A stretch of DNA of 63,847 nt from Thecamonas trahens ATCC 50062. Lineage: Eukaryota > Protista > Apusomonadida. This document shows, in pieces, positions 21,416 to 32,934 of the stretch. The first letter of the stretch is position 1. Every line of letters starts with the position of its first letter. The DNA lies in contig NW_013657655.1 of assembly GCF_000142905.1 (NCBI RefSeq), positions 1-63,847 on the forward strand, written 5' to 3'. The translations under genes and the position numbers were made by a program. The notes below the pieces were generated by a model. The model did not search any database, had not been told where the DNA came from, and saw nothing but the letters and a program-made list of their open reading frames with translations.

Positions 21416-23128
21416 TCAATCAACCTTCACCTCCTCGTGGGAGGAGTCGAGCCTCAGTCGGTACCGGGCCAAAGTGGGAGCAAGCGCGGACGAGAACTTG
21501 CGGCGGGCAGCGGACGTCGCGATGTCGAGAAGCGCCGCCGAGTCAGAGAAAAGGACGAAGAACTGGTCGCCGAGATCGTTGCCCGGCCGGACGCCGACGG
21601 CAGAATGAGACCGCGTCCAGCGGAAGAGAGGGATCGACGCGAGGGCGTCGAGGTACTGTGTCCTCTCGTCAGCATCGATGGCAGTTCGGAGCAGAAGCGT
21701 TTCCCCCACGGCGAGACGGTGGTTGTCGACGTAGAGAACCTGGAGGGCAGCTCCGGCGCGCCGCTGGACAGGGCGCATGACGTGGTAAAAATCAGGAACA
21801 AACGTGTCGTACCGGTCCGCCCACTCGGGCGCAGCATCGCAAGTCACAGGCACGATGTTGACCAGGAGGGCGTCGTGCTCGAGCTCTGCCATAGGAGGCA
21901 CGAAAGGGACAACTGCACCGAGTGACCGTGACATGGCCTTTGCCTCGGATGCGCACGTGTCGGCAGCAGCGTTGAGGACGAGGCGAGCAAGGCGCTCGTC
22001 ATCCTCCAGAGCAGAGACGATGGCCTCGTGCGCGTCGCCGAGGCCGGCCACAGTGACCAGCGTCGACGCCGCAGCAGCGGCAAATGCGGCAAATGAGACA
22101 GATGGCGACGACCGCAGCACCTCGGCGGCGGCGACAGCACCCTCCGACCACTCATCAGGGTCAACAGCCTCCAGCGCCCGGCACACGGCCGCGCGCATCT
22201 CCTCGTGCGACGGGTGGCAGCGCCGCGCCCGGGGGGAAACGAGAGGTGCGGACGAGTAAAGGAGAACGCCGGGCGCGGAGCGGAAAGCCAGCATGCGCAA
22301 CGCTTCAACGTCCGTGCGCATCGGGTCGAAGCACCCAAACACGACGCCCTGCTCCAGCAAGACCACAGCGCTCGGAGGGAGGCATGGCTCGCCACACGAC
22401 TCATCCCACTCCTGGCCTTCAAGGCGCTCGAGCTCGTCCAGGACGAGGAACGCCACGTCGTTCTCATCGTTGCGCACAAGAAACTCAAAGTACTCGCGCA
22501 GAACGTAGTGAGCGTCGACAAGGACCTGGGAGGCCTTTGGTGGGCGATACATCTTGAACACGGGAGCCCCAGCGCCGGCTTGGAGGGCGAGGGCGCCGTA
22601 CGGGCACGGCTCCCAGCCAGGATTGTCGTCATTCGGCCCGTACGCAAAGCCCAACAGGTCCGTGGTCAGCTGGCTCATGTTGTGGACAGGCGTCACGAGG
22701 TGGTGCTCCCACGCACCTGGCACGTCATCATACGCACCACCCTTGTTCACGGGATCGGGCTTGGCCGTGAAGCAGCCGCCCTCGCGCCGCTCAGTCGACG
22801 CACACTGGCAGCAGAACAGCAGAGGCGGGGAGCCAATGGGGATCGGCCGGACGCAGCAGACGCCGAGCCCAAACTGGCGAGTGCCCGAGTCACCGAACGC
22901 CGCGACTACCTCTTCGAGGTAGTCGACCACGGTCTTCTTCACCATCGCATCGTGCCTCGCCACCCTCTTCGTCTGCTTGTTCCCCTTGACCTTCTGCAGC
23001 TTGACCTGCTCGAACACCGACTGCTTAATGAGGAGGGCGTGTTTGCGGACCAAGGCGTCCTTCACGTCGCCTTCTTTCACGAGCGACGCGTGCGGCGCCT
23101 GGCCGGCCCTGCCCCGATGGCATCGCAT
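21416..23128 (-). CDS. Hypothetical protein (orphan, 570 aa) between the 200-bp repeats
   Basis: Long uninterrupted ORF with a Cys cluster (CCVRP...FCCQC...C); no family recognised. Confidence 0.55.
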   Translation of the reverse strand: MRCHRGRAGQAPHASLVKEGDVKDALVRKHALLIKQSVFEQVKLQKVKGNKQTKRVARHDAMVKKTVVDYLEEVVAAFGDSGTRQFGLGVCCVRPIPIGSPPLLFCCQCASTERREGGCFTAKPDPVNKGGAYDDVPGAWEHHLVTPVHNMSQLTTDLLGFAYGPNDDNPGWEPCPYGALALQAGAGAPVFKMYRPPKASQVLVDAHYVLREYFEFLVRNDENDVAFLVLDELERLEGQEWDESCGEPCLPPSAVVLLEQGVVFGCFDPMRTDVEALRMLAFRSAPGVLLYSSAPLVSPRARRCHPSHEEMRAAVCRALEAVDPDEWSEGAVAAAEVLRSSPSVSFAAFAAAAASTLVTVAGLGDAHEAIVSALEDDERLARLVLNAAADTCASEAKAMSRSLGAVVPFVPPMAELEHDALLVNIVPVTCDAAPEWADRYDTFVPDFYHVMRPVQRRAGAALQVLYVDNHRLAVGETLLLRTAIDADERTQYLDALASIPLFRWTRSHSAVGVRPGNDLGDQFFVLFSDSAALLDIATSAARRKFSSALAPTLARYRLRLDSSHEEVKVD

Positions 23129-23177
23129 CCCAGTGCTCAGACTGGGTCAATAAAGCAAATGATGTACTGACGATTGA

Positions 23178-23380
23178 GATTGGTGAGGTGATGGTTGTGT
23201 ATTCGGCTACTCACAAGGGATCCCACGCAGTAACGTGTTGCGGCTTTTACCTCCACTGAAAACGAAAAGGGGGCAGGAGACGTGTGGGTGGGTGTGGCCT
23301 TGCTCCGAGTGTTTGGTCGGGGGAAGTGTGCTGTGTATTTTGATGGCGGGCGGGGCGAGGCGCCGAACGCAATAGAGGCG
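23178..23380. repeat. 200-bp direct repeat, copy 2
   Basis: See copy 1. Confidence 0.95.
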
Positions 23381-24063
23381 CCTGTTGGTCGAGTGAAAGG
23401 CTCCCCGGGTGCGTCGCTGCGGGCGGCGGCGGAGGCTTTCTGGCCACGCGGTGGTGGGGCGGGCGGAGGCTTTCTGACCACCGCTTGCCTGCCCAGCCAC
23501 CCCCCCCCCCCCTCCCCCCCTCCCCTCTTCTACAGTCACTCCTAGCTGAGACCTCCTATATTCCACGTTGACACATACCTTAGCTTATATAACATACTCT
23601 GCTCATGCTTCAATGAATTAGACTCTCTACGCCATGCCTTTGCGTCCGTATTGGCTATTCAGTGTCCGCGAGCCGCCCTCGCCACCTCCTCACCAACGCC
23701 CGGCCACCCACAGTCGTCGCCATCACCTTTCCTCCTGCAACAAGCTTGATATCCCACAAACAGCATTACTATACAACTAGCCTTGTAAATCTGCTTTGTG
23801 TACACTAGCAGGAACTGGCTGATGCAACAGATGGTTTCTCTAATCGATGTTGAGGGCTATGTGTGTGGTTCTGTACCTGGGTTGCTGCTGGCCTACGCTG
23901 TGAGTGCGTCCGGCGAACGTTCAAGCGTTCTCCTTTCCTACCCAACTCACCGACACCTCAAACACTCCTCGGCTGCTATACAGAACACCGACTACCAGTG
24001 ATTGTCCAAGCACCTGGTTGTTACTGTCCACCTTTTGCAGCTCCAAGCCGTTTGCATATAGCC

Positions 24064-25844
24064 ATGCTGGACGAGAAGCGTGAATCGGACGAGCCGGTCG
24101 TCCGCGGCCTTTTTCGTCCTTCGCTTCCATCCGCGGCCCCACCGTCCTTATCGCCTTGAGCATCTGTGTCGCCATTACAATCACCTTTACCATGTATATT
24201 CAGGGTCATTCCAGCAGTACTGAGCTTATGCAAGTGGGAACCCACCCAGCTGTGGCTCTGCCGCCACCACCGCCGCCCCCGCCGTCCCCGCCGCCGTCAC
24301 CGCCCCCTCCCGTCGCGCCGCCCTCGCCGCCTCCACCGCCCCCGCCGCCATCGCCGCCATCGCCCCCGCCCTCCCCACCTTCCCCACCCGCTCCACCCGC
24401 TCCCTATCCAGATGACGAGTACCCGGTCACCGTCCCACCTCCTCCCGAAGTCCGCATCTACGGCGCAGACACTTTGACTGCTCGCCGGGCAAAGGCCTGC
24501 TACGAGCGCCGAGTCGCCTTTGACACCGTCCCGCCCGACATCATCGTCACCACCCCAGATGTGTACACCACATACCTGTACGTGTTTACCAATGTCGAGC
24601 CCGTACGTTCTCGTGTTCACTACCCGTATCGTCTTCGTCTTTTGCCGTTTAGCCCGGCCCCATGGCCGGGGTGGGAGCTGCCGTACGACTTTGGCGACAT
24701 CATCTCAGCAAAGTCCGAAGCCTCGTTTGCGGCAACGATGGCCGAAGCGGAGCAGGAAGGCAGGCTGTGGCCCGAAGACAAGACTCCATCGACGCTCATC
24801 ATTGTCCGTGGCCAGTTTATGGACAAGCCTGAGCGACTCGAGTCATTCAACCTGTTGGCCATGTCTATGCATGACGTCGAGAGCCACGACATCGCCTTTG
24901 TCTACGACACCTCAATTGACGTCACGCCGGAGCGGCTCGAGGAGTTGAGTGTAAGCTATCCATGGGCATTTGGCCCAAAGAGCAAGGTTATACGCCGCGG
25001 CTCGGACATCAGGGCTCTCTTCTCAGAGTGTATGCCCAAGCTCAACCTCGACACCCTCCCGTTCACCCTTGCTGGTTCGCCAGGTTGGGTCTTCTCCACC
25101 GAGACCTACATTCCCTTCATCTTTGGTTGCGCTCCTGACTCGACGTACGAAATCGAGCTGTTTGAGCGTGAGTACGACTTGTTCTGGACGTTGGAGCTCG
25201 ACGTCACCTTTACCGGCGCTGACCCATGGACAGACTTTTTCAAGCGGGTTGATCTCGACGTCGTCGACCACGGCACTGGTCTCCGCCTTGACAAGCCTGT
25301 CGACTTGATCACCATCAAGCCGCTGCGGACCACGGCAAAGGACGGTGCATACCTGTACCACAACACGTATATTGATGGCCCCATGTTCCGCTACGCTCAG
25401 CTCATCGTGGTGCAGCGGGCCTCGCGTGCTCTGCTCGAGCGCATCTGGGCTGACGCTGTCGACTGCGGCTTCGCCGGCTACTGCGAGCAATCACTGCCGA
25501 CAGCTTGCGGCTTCTGGGATGACTGCTACGCGGCTTCGCTCTCGCCCCACACGAACCCCAATATGATCTTCTCTCCGTATCAATGCGCCGTTCAGGTCAT
25601 GCAGCGCGCTCTCGATGAGATCACCCAGGCTAGCCAGGGCGTCCCGGCTGATCAAGTGGCCAACATCGAGCGGGCGGACCCTGATCAGTGCGCTGATGCT
25701 GCACGCTACCACTCAGACTACGCAGTTTGGCTTCACAAGTCTGAAGGATACTCACGCGACCATGCCATTAGCCTCAGAAAGGCATGGTATGACTTGCACA
25801 ATGTGCCTGAAGACAAGCGCTACGATGTGGGTACATTGGAGTAA
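24064..25844 (+). CDS. Type II membrane protein with poly-Pro stem and DUF3405-like (putative GT-A) domain
   Basis: TM VLIALSICVAITITF; SPPP stem; YDLFWTLELDVTFTG..W..FF motif. One extra T at 24110-24114 would join ATG 24064 to the main frame. Confidence 0.6.
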
Positions 25845-25962
25845 CATGTACAAGCCAGCCAGCCTTTGCCTCCGAGCCACCCGTCGCGCCATCCGCCTGA
25901 CCGTTTCAACAGCATTCAATCACACCACACGGCCCTACTTTGTTCTTTGTTGCTTGCTTGCA

Positions 25963-26640
25963 TCACCTGGCGCCCTTGATCACAGCCGCGTAGTCTTGCG
26001 GCAAGAGGTGAAGGAGGGTGCCGCGCGAGACGTGGAAGGCGGCTGCCGACTCAAACGGAGTCGGGCAGTCGAGGCCGTCAAAGGCGTAGAGGGTCTTAGA
26101 GAAGGTGCAAAAGTGTGGGTCGGTGACGCCATCGGCCTTCTGATACATAAAGTGGCCGCGGTTCTCGTACGACGAGGTGATGTCAAAGTCGTGCGGCGAG
26201 GGATGGGTGAGCGAGGCGCCCATAGTTGCAGCGCCGGGCAGGAAGAAGGTGATCGGGTTGAGATCATCGTAGTTAGCGAGGACGTGCGAGGTGTAGGTGA
26301 CGAGGTTGGCGGTGCAGGACGAGGCCTCGGGTGCAGACGCCATCCGAATGTCGTACTTGGAAGCCACCGTGTCCGGCAGGATGCCGTCCGACTCGCACGA
26401 TGAGTAGACAAAGACCCGCGGGACGATGCCAGCGGCGGCGAGGTCGTCGAGGAGCGGTGCGAGCCAGGCGGCGAGGTCGGGGACGCAGCCCGGGATGACC
26501 ACATCCCAATGGTCCTTGATCTTGGGCGGAAGAATCTTGCGCTGGCCTTTCTTGCCGTTGACCACGTTGGGCTCGTATACAATCTCCTCGTAGTCGCCAA
26601 ACAGGATGTTGTCCACGGCCTGCACGCCCTGCATGCACAC
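25963..26640 (-). CDS. DUF3431-like (putative glycosyltransferase-related) protein, probably partial
   Basis: RVFVYS, YTSHVLANYDDLNPITFFLPG, AAFHVSRGTLLHLLPQDY. Confidence 0.5.
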   Translation of the reverse strand: MCMQGVQAVDNILFGDYEEIVYEPNVVNGKKGQRKILPPKIKDHWDVVIPGCVPDLAAWLAPLLDDLAAAGIVPRVFVYSSCESDGILPDTVASKYDIRMASAPEASSCTANLVTYTSHVLANYDDLNPITFFLPGAATMGASLTHPSPHDFDITSSYENRGHFMYQKADGVTDPHFCTFSKTLYAFDGLDCPTPFESAAAFHVSRGTLLHLLPQDYAAVIKGAR

Positions 26641-26711
26641 GTGGTCCTGGTTGCCCGTCGACGCGTGCTTCTACGTTTTTTTTGCGCCAGAACACCACCC
26701 GACGTCACACC

Positions 26712-29700
26712 ATGGGCAACAACGTTTCGGTCAACACCCACATGCAGACCGCACAGGTCTTCCACGAGTATGACTGCCGTATCAGCTCGTCTGAGGTGAG
26801 CCTCGTCAGCTCGAGGCCCAAGGCCACCTACATCTCGGAGCGCCGCCTCGGTAGTGGCGCTTTCGGCACCGTCTACGCCGTCCGCCGCGAGAGTGACCCA
26901 GACACGCTCTGGGCCTTCAAGCAAGTGCTCTTTGATCCCAACGAGCCTGGCGATGCTGTCACCAAAATGACCGACGTACTTGACGAGGCTGCGGCCCTGC
27001 GCGGCATCCGCGACCCCAACCTCATCCACCTCGAGCACGTTTTCCCCTTCCTCCGCGGCACAGCAAGGTCCAAGACCTAGGCCTACAAGGCCAAGGCGCG
27101 GAGGACAGCCAAGCGCAAGATCGCCACTCGCATCAAGGATGAAACCGGTACCTGCCATCTCCTTCTCGAGATCATGCTCACCACAAACCCGGCCAACCGC
27201 CGCCCGGCGGCCGATCTGCTCAACTGCGGCTTTGTCGCCGGCCTCCGCCATGCCCTCGCCTCTGATCTCGCTCAGCCTGCCTTCACCACGCTTGCCGTCT
27301 CTGCCGATTGGCAGTACCGCGGTGCGTTCCTCGCCCCGCTCGCCGATCCCAACCTCAACGACCACATCCGTGGCAAGATCGTCGACGTCGTCTTCCAGTC
27401 GGTCGGCCTTGGAAACACATCCACCACGCAATTGTCCTCGGCCTCGGTCCCGCTCATCCACCAGGGCATTGTCTCGCTCATCTACACCCATCTCAACCAC
27501 AACGCCCGCAAGGACACCACCACAGAGTCGATCATCAACCAGTTTGCTGCCGCCCTCCTCGGCCAGTCTGTCGAGCCATCGGCCTCGGTCCACACCGTGC
27601 CCCACACCGATGTGCCCGGTGTGGTCACCGGCGCCGTCCTCGCCGGCCCGTCCGATGAGCCCGATCTCATCAGCGCCCTCATGGCTCTCTTTGGTGGCCG
27701 CGATGCCAAGGCCACCGTCAAGATCATGAAAAAGGAGCTGGCCATTCTCGTCAAACTCCTCGACGACAAGCGCTCAGCCTTTCTCACCGCCGATGCTATC
27801 ATTGCTTGCCCAGGCATGATCCCGCTTCTCCTCTCCCACGTTCGCCGCTCGATCTGGCTCGAAGACTCGTTAACCTTCGAGACATGCGCCGTCCTCCGCG
27901 CAGTCTACCGCCTCCGGCCCAACACCTCGTCTGTTTACCCCATCAGCTCGCTTCTAGCTGCTTTAGCCGCACCCAACGGCCGATCGGCCTACAACAGGAC
28001 CTTCCGCCTCATGTACGAATCGCTCCCGAAAACCGTCAACAGCTGCCCTCAGCTCATCGCTCGCTACGCCGCCATGTGCGATGAGAAACCGCTCCGCAAC
28101 CGCCTTGATCGCATCCTCCGCTACGCCCAGTCCTCTGGCATCTCCTTTCCGCCCGAGCTTGCCCAAGTCTGGGGCCATGTCCTCGCCCAGCGCGCGCTCA
28201 CCGCTCTCCACATCGGCGTCCAACCCGATGCCGCCAACCACATCAACATCTCGCAGGCTGCCAACGCAGCTGCCCTCGCTTCCCTCGCCGATGCGCCGGC
28301 CAAGTCACTTGCCGTTGCAGGCAACTTCTGGCTCCACGCCTACGCCCTCGGCCTCGATCGCGCTGCAGTCAACGACGCCATCGCCTCGCTCTCCAACATG
28401 CAGCTCTGCACACAGATGATGTCTGTTGCTCTCGGTGCCTCGATTCCGCTCGTCCGCTGCCAGACATGCTCCTGCGCCGCCAAACAGGGCATCGACGTTT
28501 GCATCGCTTGCGCTCGTAACTGTCACGCCGGCCACGAGTTCGCCGACAGCTTCCACGTCATCCGCACCGTCGTCACTCAGACCTACTTTCCTTGCGAGTG
28601 CTCCACCATCGCCGGCTCCTCCTGCAAGAGTCGCTCTGCCAACTCGGCCCGCCCCATCGCTGCTCTCGACTCGATCGCTCCTCCTGAGTCCCTCCTCGCC
28701 GCCCCGCACCAGATCATCGGTGCCGTCTCGGCCGCTGTCGCGCCGCCCGAGTTCAACGCCTGGATTGAGCCGGTCATCGACCACGATCCGGTCGGCCACA
28801 CCTCGACCGCCACCTTTAAGCTCTACGATCTCGAGCAGGATGCCGCCACTCGGTATCGAAACATGACTCTGCCTGCCGGCTCGCTCGAGCCTTACATCTC
28901 ACGTGATGTGGCCAAGCTCTTCCTCTCGGTCTCGCCCCGGCTATACGCCATCGCCCAGAGCCACGGCTTTGCCTTTTCGCCCATCACCACCTCGCCCAAC
29001 CCTATCGACGTCGTCTTCTACTACGAGATTGAGGTCTGCACTGCCAAGCTCATTGGCGACTCGGACTATGCTGTCGGCATGGGCCTCATGTCTGCCGTCC
29101 GCAACCCGTCGTCTGCCCTCTTTGTCGGCTGGGGCGAGTCCGAGTGGGGCTACCACTCGGACGATGGCGGACTCCGCCACGCCACTCCCACAGGCGGCAG
29201 CACTATCATGCCATGGTCGGCCGGCGATCGCGTCGGCTGCGGCATCCACGCCTCGGGTCGCGTCTTCTTCACGCTCAACGGTGTTTACATCGACTCGCTC
29301 CCCCAGGTCCCGCCCGACGTCCCGCTCTACGCCACCGTCACCGTCCAGAACCTTGTCGGCGACGTCGTGTTCTTCTTTGATCGAGGCGACTGGGCCTTTG
29401 ACCCGACTCGGTGGGTGGTGAGCCCCGAGATGGCGTCCGCAACCTGGGCCCCGTCGTGCCTCCCGCTCGCCTCGGCGGGCCTCACTGCCCTTATCACCGC
29501 CTTTTGCCTCAACATGAGCCTCGATACCTTTGTTGGTATCTTTGACGCCATCGGCAGGTCCGTCATCGCCACCGATGCACGCATCAAGCACGCCCGCGCC
29601 CTCGCCGCCATTGACAACTCTGCCACAGACAGCTCGTCATCGCAGCCGTCGCTCGGAGACGTTGCCGCAGCTGCCCAGAGTGGGCACGCCTTTGTTCGCA

Positions 29701-29885
29701 TCGTGTGGATCCTCCAAAAGTCCAACGATCCCGAGGCCGCCCGCCGCGCCGCCGCCATCATTGCCCTTCCGTCCTTTGCCGACGTTTTGGCCGCCACCGC
29801 AAGCATCTCCTCGCCGCTCCTCGTCTCGGGCCTCGAAGCGTTTGTCGCCGACCTCGATCGCCCCGATCTCGACCTCGAGCCATGA
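26712..29885 (+). pseudogene. Internally deleted kinase + UBR-box-like zinc finger + SPRY domain protein (in-frame TAG at 27078-27080; ORF 27174-29885 open)
   Basis: LGSGAFGTVY, AFK, alphaC Glu, then directly MLTTNPANRRPAADLL (subdomain XI). CQTC...CIACARNCHAGH...CEC. SPRY motifs YYEIEV, VGWGESEWGYHSDDG, GDRVGCG, FFTLNG. Confidence 0.75.
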
Positions 29886-29973
29886 CTTCCTGCCCCTGTG
29901 CTTGATGGCGGCGCACCACAACCGAAGACATCAAACTTGTTTCCCATCGCGTGTGCCACAGCTACTACACAGC

Positions 29974-32417
29974 TTACTCGTTAGCCCCACGCTCGGCAGC
30001 ATGCTGCGCCGCGACCTTGAGAAAGACCTCCTCGAGCGTCGAGAGCGCGAGGCCGTAGGCGGCCAGCGGAGAGTTACGCTGCGCAACAAGCGCCTCGAGC
30101 TTGTCGAGGAGGAGAGGAAAGGCGCGGATGTGCGCTGTGGGAAGCCGGAACACAAGATCGCTGGCTGAACCCAGTCGCGGGACCGCCATCGCGCCGGGCA
30201 CGTGCTCGATGACCACGGCCCGTAGCGCGTCGCCATCGCCCGAGCCGCGCTGCTGGAGGGTGAGCAGATAGCCGACGCCAAAGTGGGCCTTGAGGTGAAC
30301 AGTCGTCCCGGTGACAACCAGCTCACCGTGCATCATGACTGCAATGCGGTCGCCGAGCTGCTCGGCCTCGTCCATGTAGTGGGTGGTGAGCAAGATGCCG
30401 CGGCCGGCCTTGTACCGCTGGAGCAGGGCCCAGACAGAGCGGCGCGCCGCCGGATCCATGCCCGACGTCGGCTCGTCGAGGAGCACAATCGACGGGTTGC
30501 CCACAAACGCTAGTGCAAGCGAGAGCTTGCGCTTTTGTCCGCCCGAGTACGTGCCGGTAGCCTGGTTGGGAAGCGCGTCGAGGCCGACGTCGGAGAGCAG
30601 GCTGGCTGCCTCGAGCGGCTCGCCGCCAACAGGCACTGCTGACGGCCGCATCGCCAACCACAGCGCCATGTGCTCGGACGCGGTGAGACGGTCGTACAGC
30701 CGGTCTTGTTGTGCGCACACACCGAGCCGGACTCCCGACGAGAGCGCGTGGGCAAGCGGAACACCACAGAGCCACGCGTCGCCACCACTCGGCGCAAGCG
30801 TGCCCATAATCATCGAGACCAGCGTGGTCTTGCCGGCCCGTTGGTTCCCGCAAGAATGACAATCTCCGAGGCTCGGACGCTGAGATCAACGTCGTTGACG
30901 GCAACAAACGGCTTGCCAGCCTTGCGGAACTGTTTGCGGAGAGCCCGGAGGCGGACAGGCACCTCGTGACCCGAGGCCAGCAGCGACGCGGCCTCAGAGT
31001 TGAGCGAGCCGCCAAGTGGATCCGGCGGGTTGAGGAGTCCGATTGGCGAGCCCGGCCACCAAAACTTGGGCGAGAGGAAGAAGAGCAACGGCCGCCGCGG
31101 CGCGTGGTCGGCTGGGAGCACTTGGTCAAGATACAAGCCGACGAGCAGAAGGAGCGCGGCGTCGAGTGCCAGAAACTCGAGGCAGGTCGTCATCGAAACT
31201 GGCGACGTCGCGTGCGACGAATGGAGGCCCGCCGCCGAGAACGAGAACGCCGCGCCGTGCTCCTCCATCCGGCTCATGAGGTGCGCAAAGTGGCCAAACG
31301 GCGTGGCCGGCACGAGGAGAACAAGGATCTTGAAGAACCATGAGACCTCGGCCTTGGAGAGGACAAACTGCTCCCCGAGGACGTAGACAAGGATCGAGCC
31401 AACAAGCGCTGCGGTGAGGACCGCCGACGCCGTTCGCCGCGACGAGACAATGGTCGAGACCACAAGCGCAATAAAGACTTGTGAGATGCCAAAAAGGAGG
31501 ACGACAACAAGTAAGGCGCCGAACGAGGCGTGCTTGACGATGGATAGCGCGTAGAGGGCAGCCACAAACGCAAGCGCAGTAACAATCAGCACCGCCAGAT
31601 CGGCGCTCAGCTGTGCGAACCAGTACGCCGAGTCCATCATGCCGGCTGCCGTGAGCGCCGCCCGTGTTCCGTCCTCCTTTTCCTTGATGTACCCGATAGC
31701 GGCAAAAATGGTGACGTAGGCAAAGCAGAAGGTCCAGTAGTACGGCCAGAGAAAGTACGAGCCCTGGCCCGGATCGACCGATCCCTTGGACGGTAGCGCC
31801 TGAACGCGGGCGTTGAGCACCAGCGGCACGCCACTCGCCATGCTCGTGTACGCCTCGAGGAGCGCAATCTGCAGCGAGGCATAGCCCGAGTCGAGCGTGC
31901 CGGCCACCTGGGCCTCGTCGCTCTGATCCGGCGGAGACGAGTTGAGCTGGCTATGCCTCATCCCGTACAAGTAGGTATGGATGACATACTCAAAGGAACT
32001 CTTGTCCACGACCCCAAACGAGACGCCGCCCCAAAGAGCAGGATTATCGGCAAGGGCACGAGTCAGGGCGGTCTCATCGGCGACGCCACTCGCCACGAGC
32101 GAGACGCCGCGTTCAACCTTGGCACCCTCGACCACTCTGGCGACCAGATCTTTGGTAGCCAAAGTGACAGGCGCATAGAGTATGTCCACACAGTTTGCTC
32201 GGCCGTGGCAAAGCTCTTCCAATCGAGGTAGATCATGAGTCGGTGGTGAGAGATCACCAGGCTGTGTCGTCGGTCCTGACGACGAGTTGATGCCCACCAG
32301 AATGGCCACAAACATGAGCGGGAAACAGATTTGCAGCAATGTGACTCTGGCATTCCGCCGCCGAAGGAGAAACTCCTTCCGCAATAGCGCACATGCTTGC
32401 CTTGACCACTCTCCCAT
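29974..32417 (-). CDS. ABCA-type half transporter (TMD-NBD); frameshift in Walker A at 30837-30839
   Basis: ALLRKEFLLRRRN, EKEDG, 6 TM helices, GTNG[AGKTT], YSGGQKRKLS, LLDEPTSGMDP, TTHYMDEA, TLEEVFL. Confidence 0.93.
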
Positions 32418-32934
32418 GTCTCTCACTCGTAACCCTCTATACTCGCCAGCAAGAGGAATGCTTCTCAACCTCGCTCTCCCACAGACTCGAACTGTCTCCG
32501 ACTCTCTCCCTGCTAAACGTCCGGCTTGCGCGAGAGAGCGATGGCCGCTCCGATTTCCCCATCCCCACATGAAAAAAAAGTATGAAAAAGGGCGTGCAAA
32601 TAGAGCCGCCATGGATCACCTTGCCATCACCTCCCTGCTTGCTAGCTCTCACAATCAGCCCGGGATAATGGATGGTAGAAGCGATGACAGAAGATAAACC
32701 CCTCAAATACGGACACAAAGCAGCGCTAGCAATGCTCTGCAGAGATCAAAACATCATCTTTGTTGTGCGCTATGAACTGTCTGGCTGGCTTGGGCGTCAA
32801 ACAATCACTCGCCGAGTCTCTCGCTTGTGCGGCGCGAGAGTCATTCAGACAAAGGCGCGAGGTGAAGCCTGCTGCAGCTACACTTCACTTGCTACCGCCT
32901 GCTGTTGCCACGCATCTTGCCGCTAGTCGAGGGC

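Noticed and set aside
21087-23380. 200-bp repeats as LTRs of a retrotransposon
   Set aside because: No TG...CA ends, PBS, PPT, TSD or retroelement domains in between; kept as an unexplained repeat.
4989-27080. UAG reassignment or readthrough: all five premature stops noted (4989, 7701, 7938, 15765, 27078) are TAG
   Set aside because: They occur only in mobile or otherwise damaged loci. Long conserved genes (RPN1, WDR3, USP, GMD) have none, and TAG terminates NPRL3, WDR3 and GT10. TAG is the expected one-step product of CAG/GAG/TGG/TAC in a GC3-rich genome.
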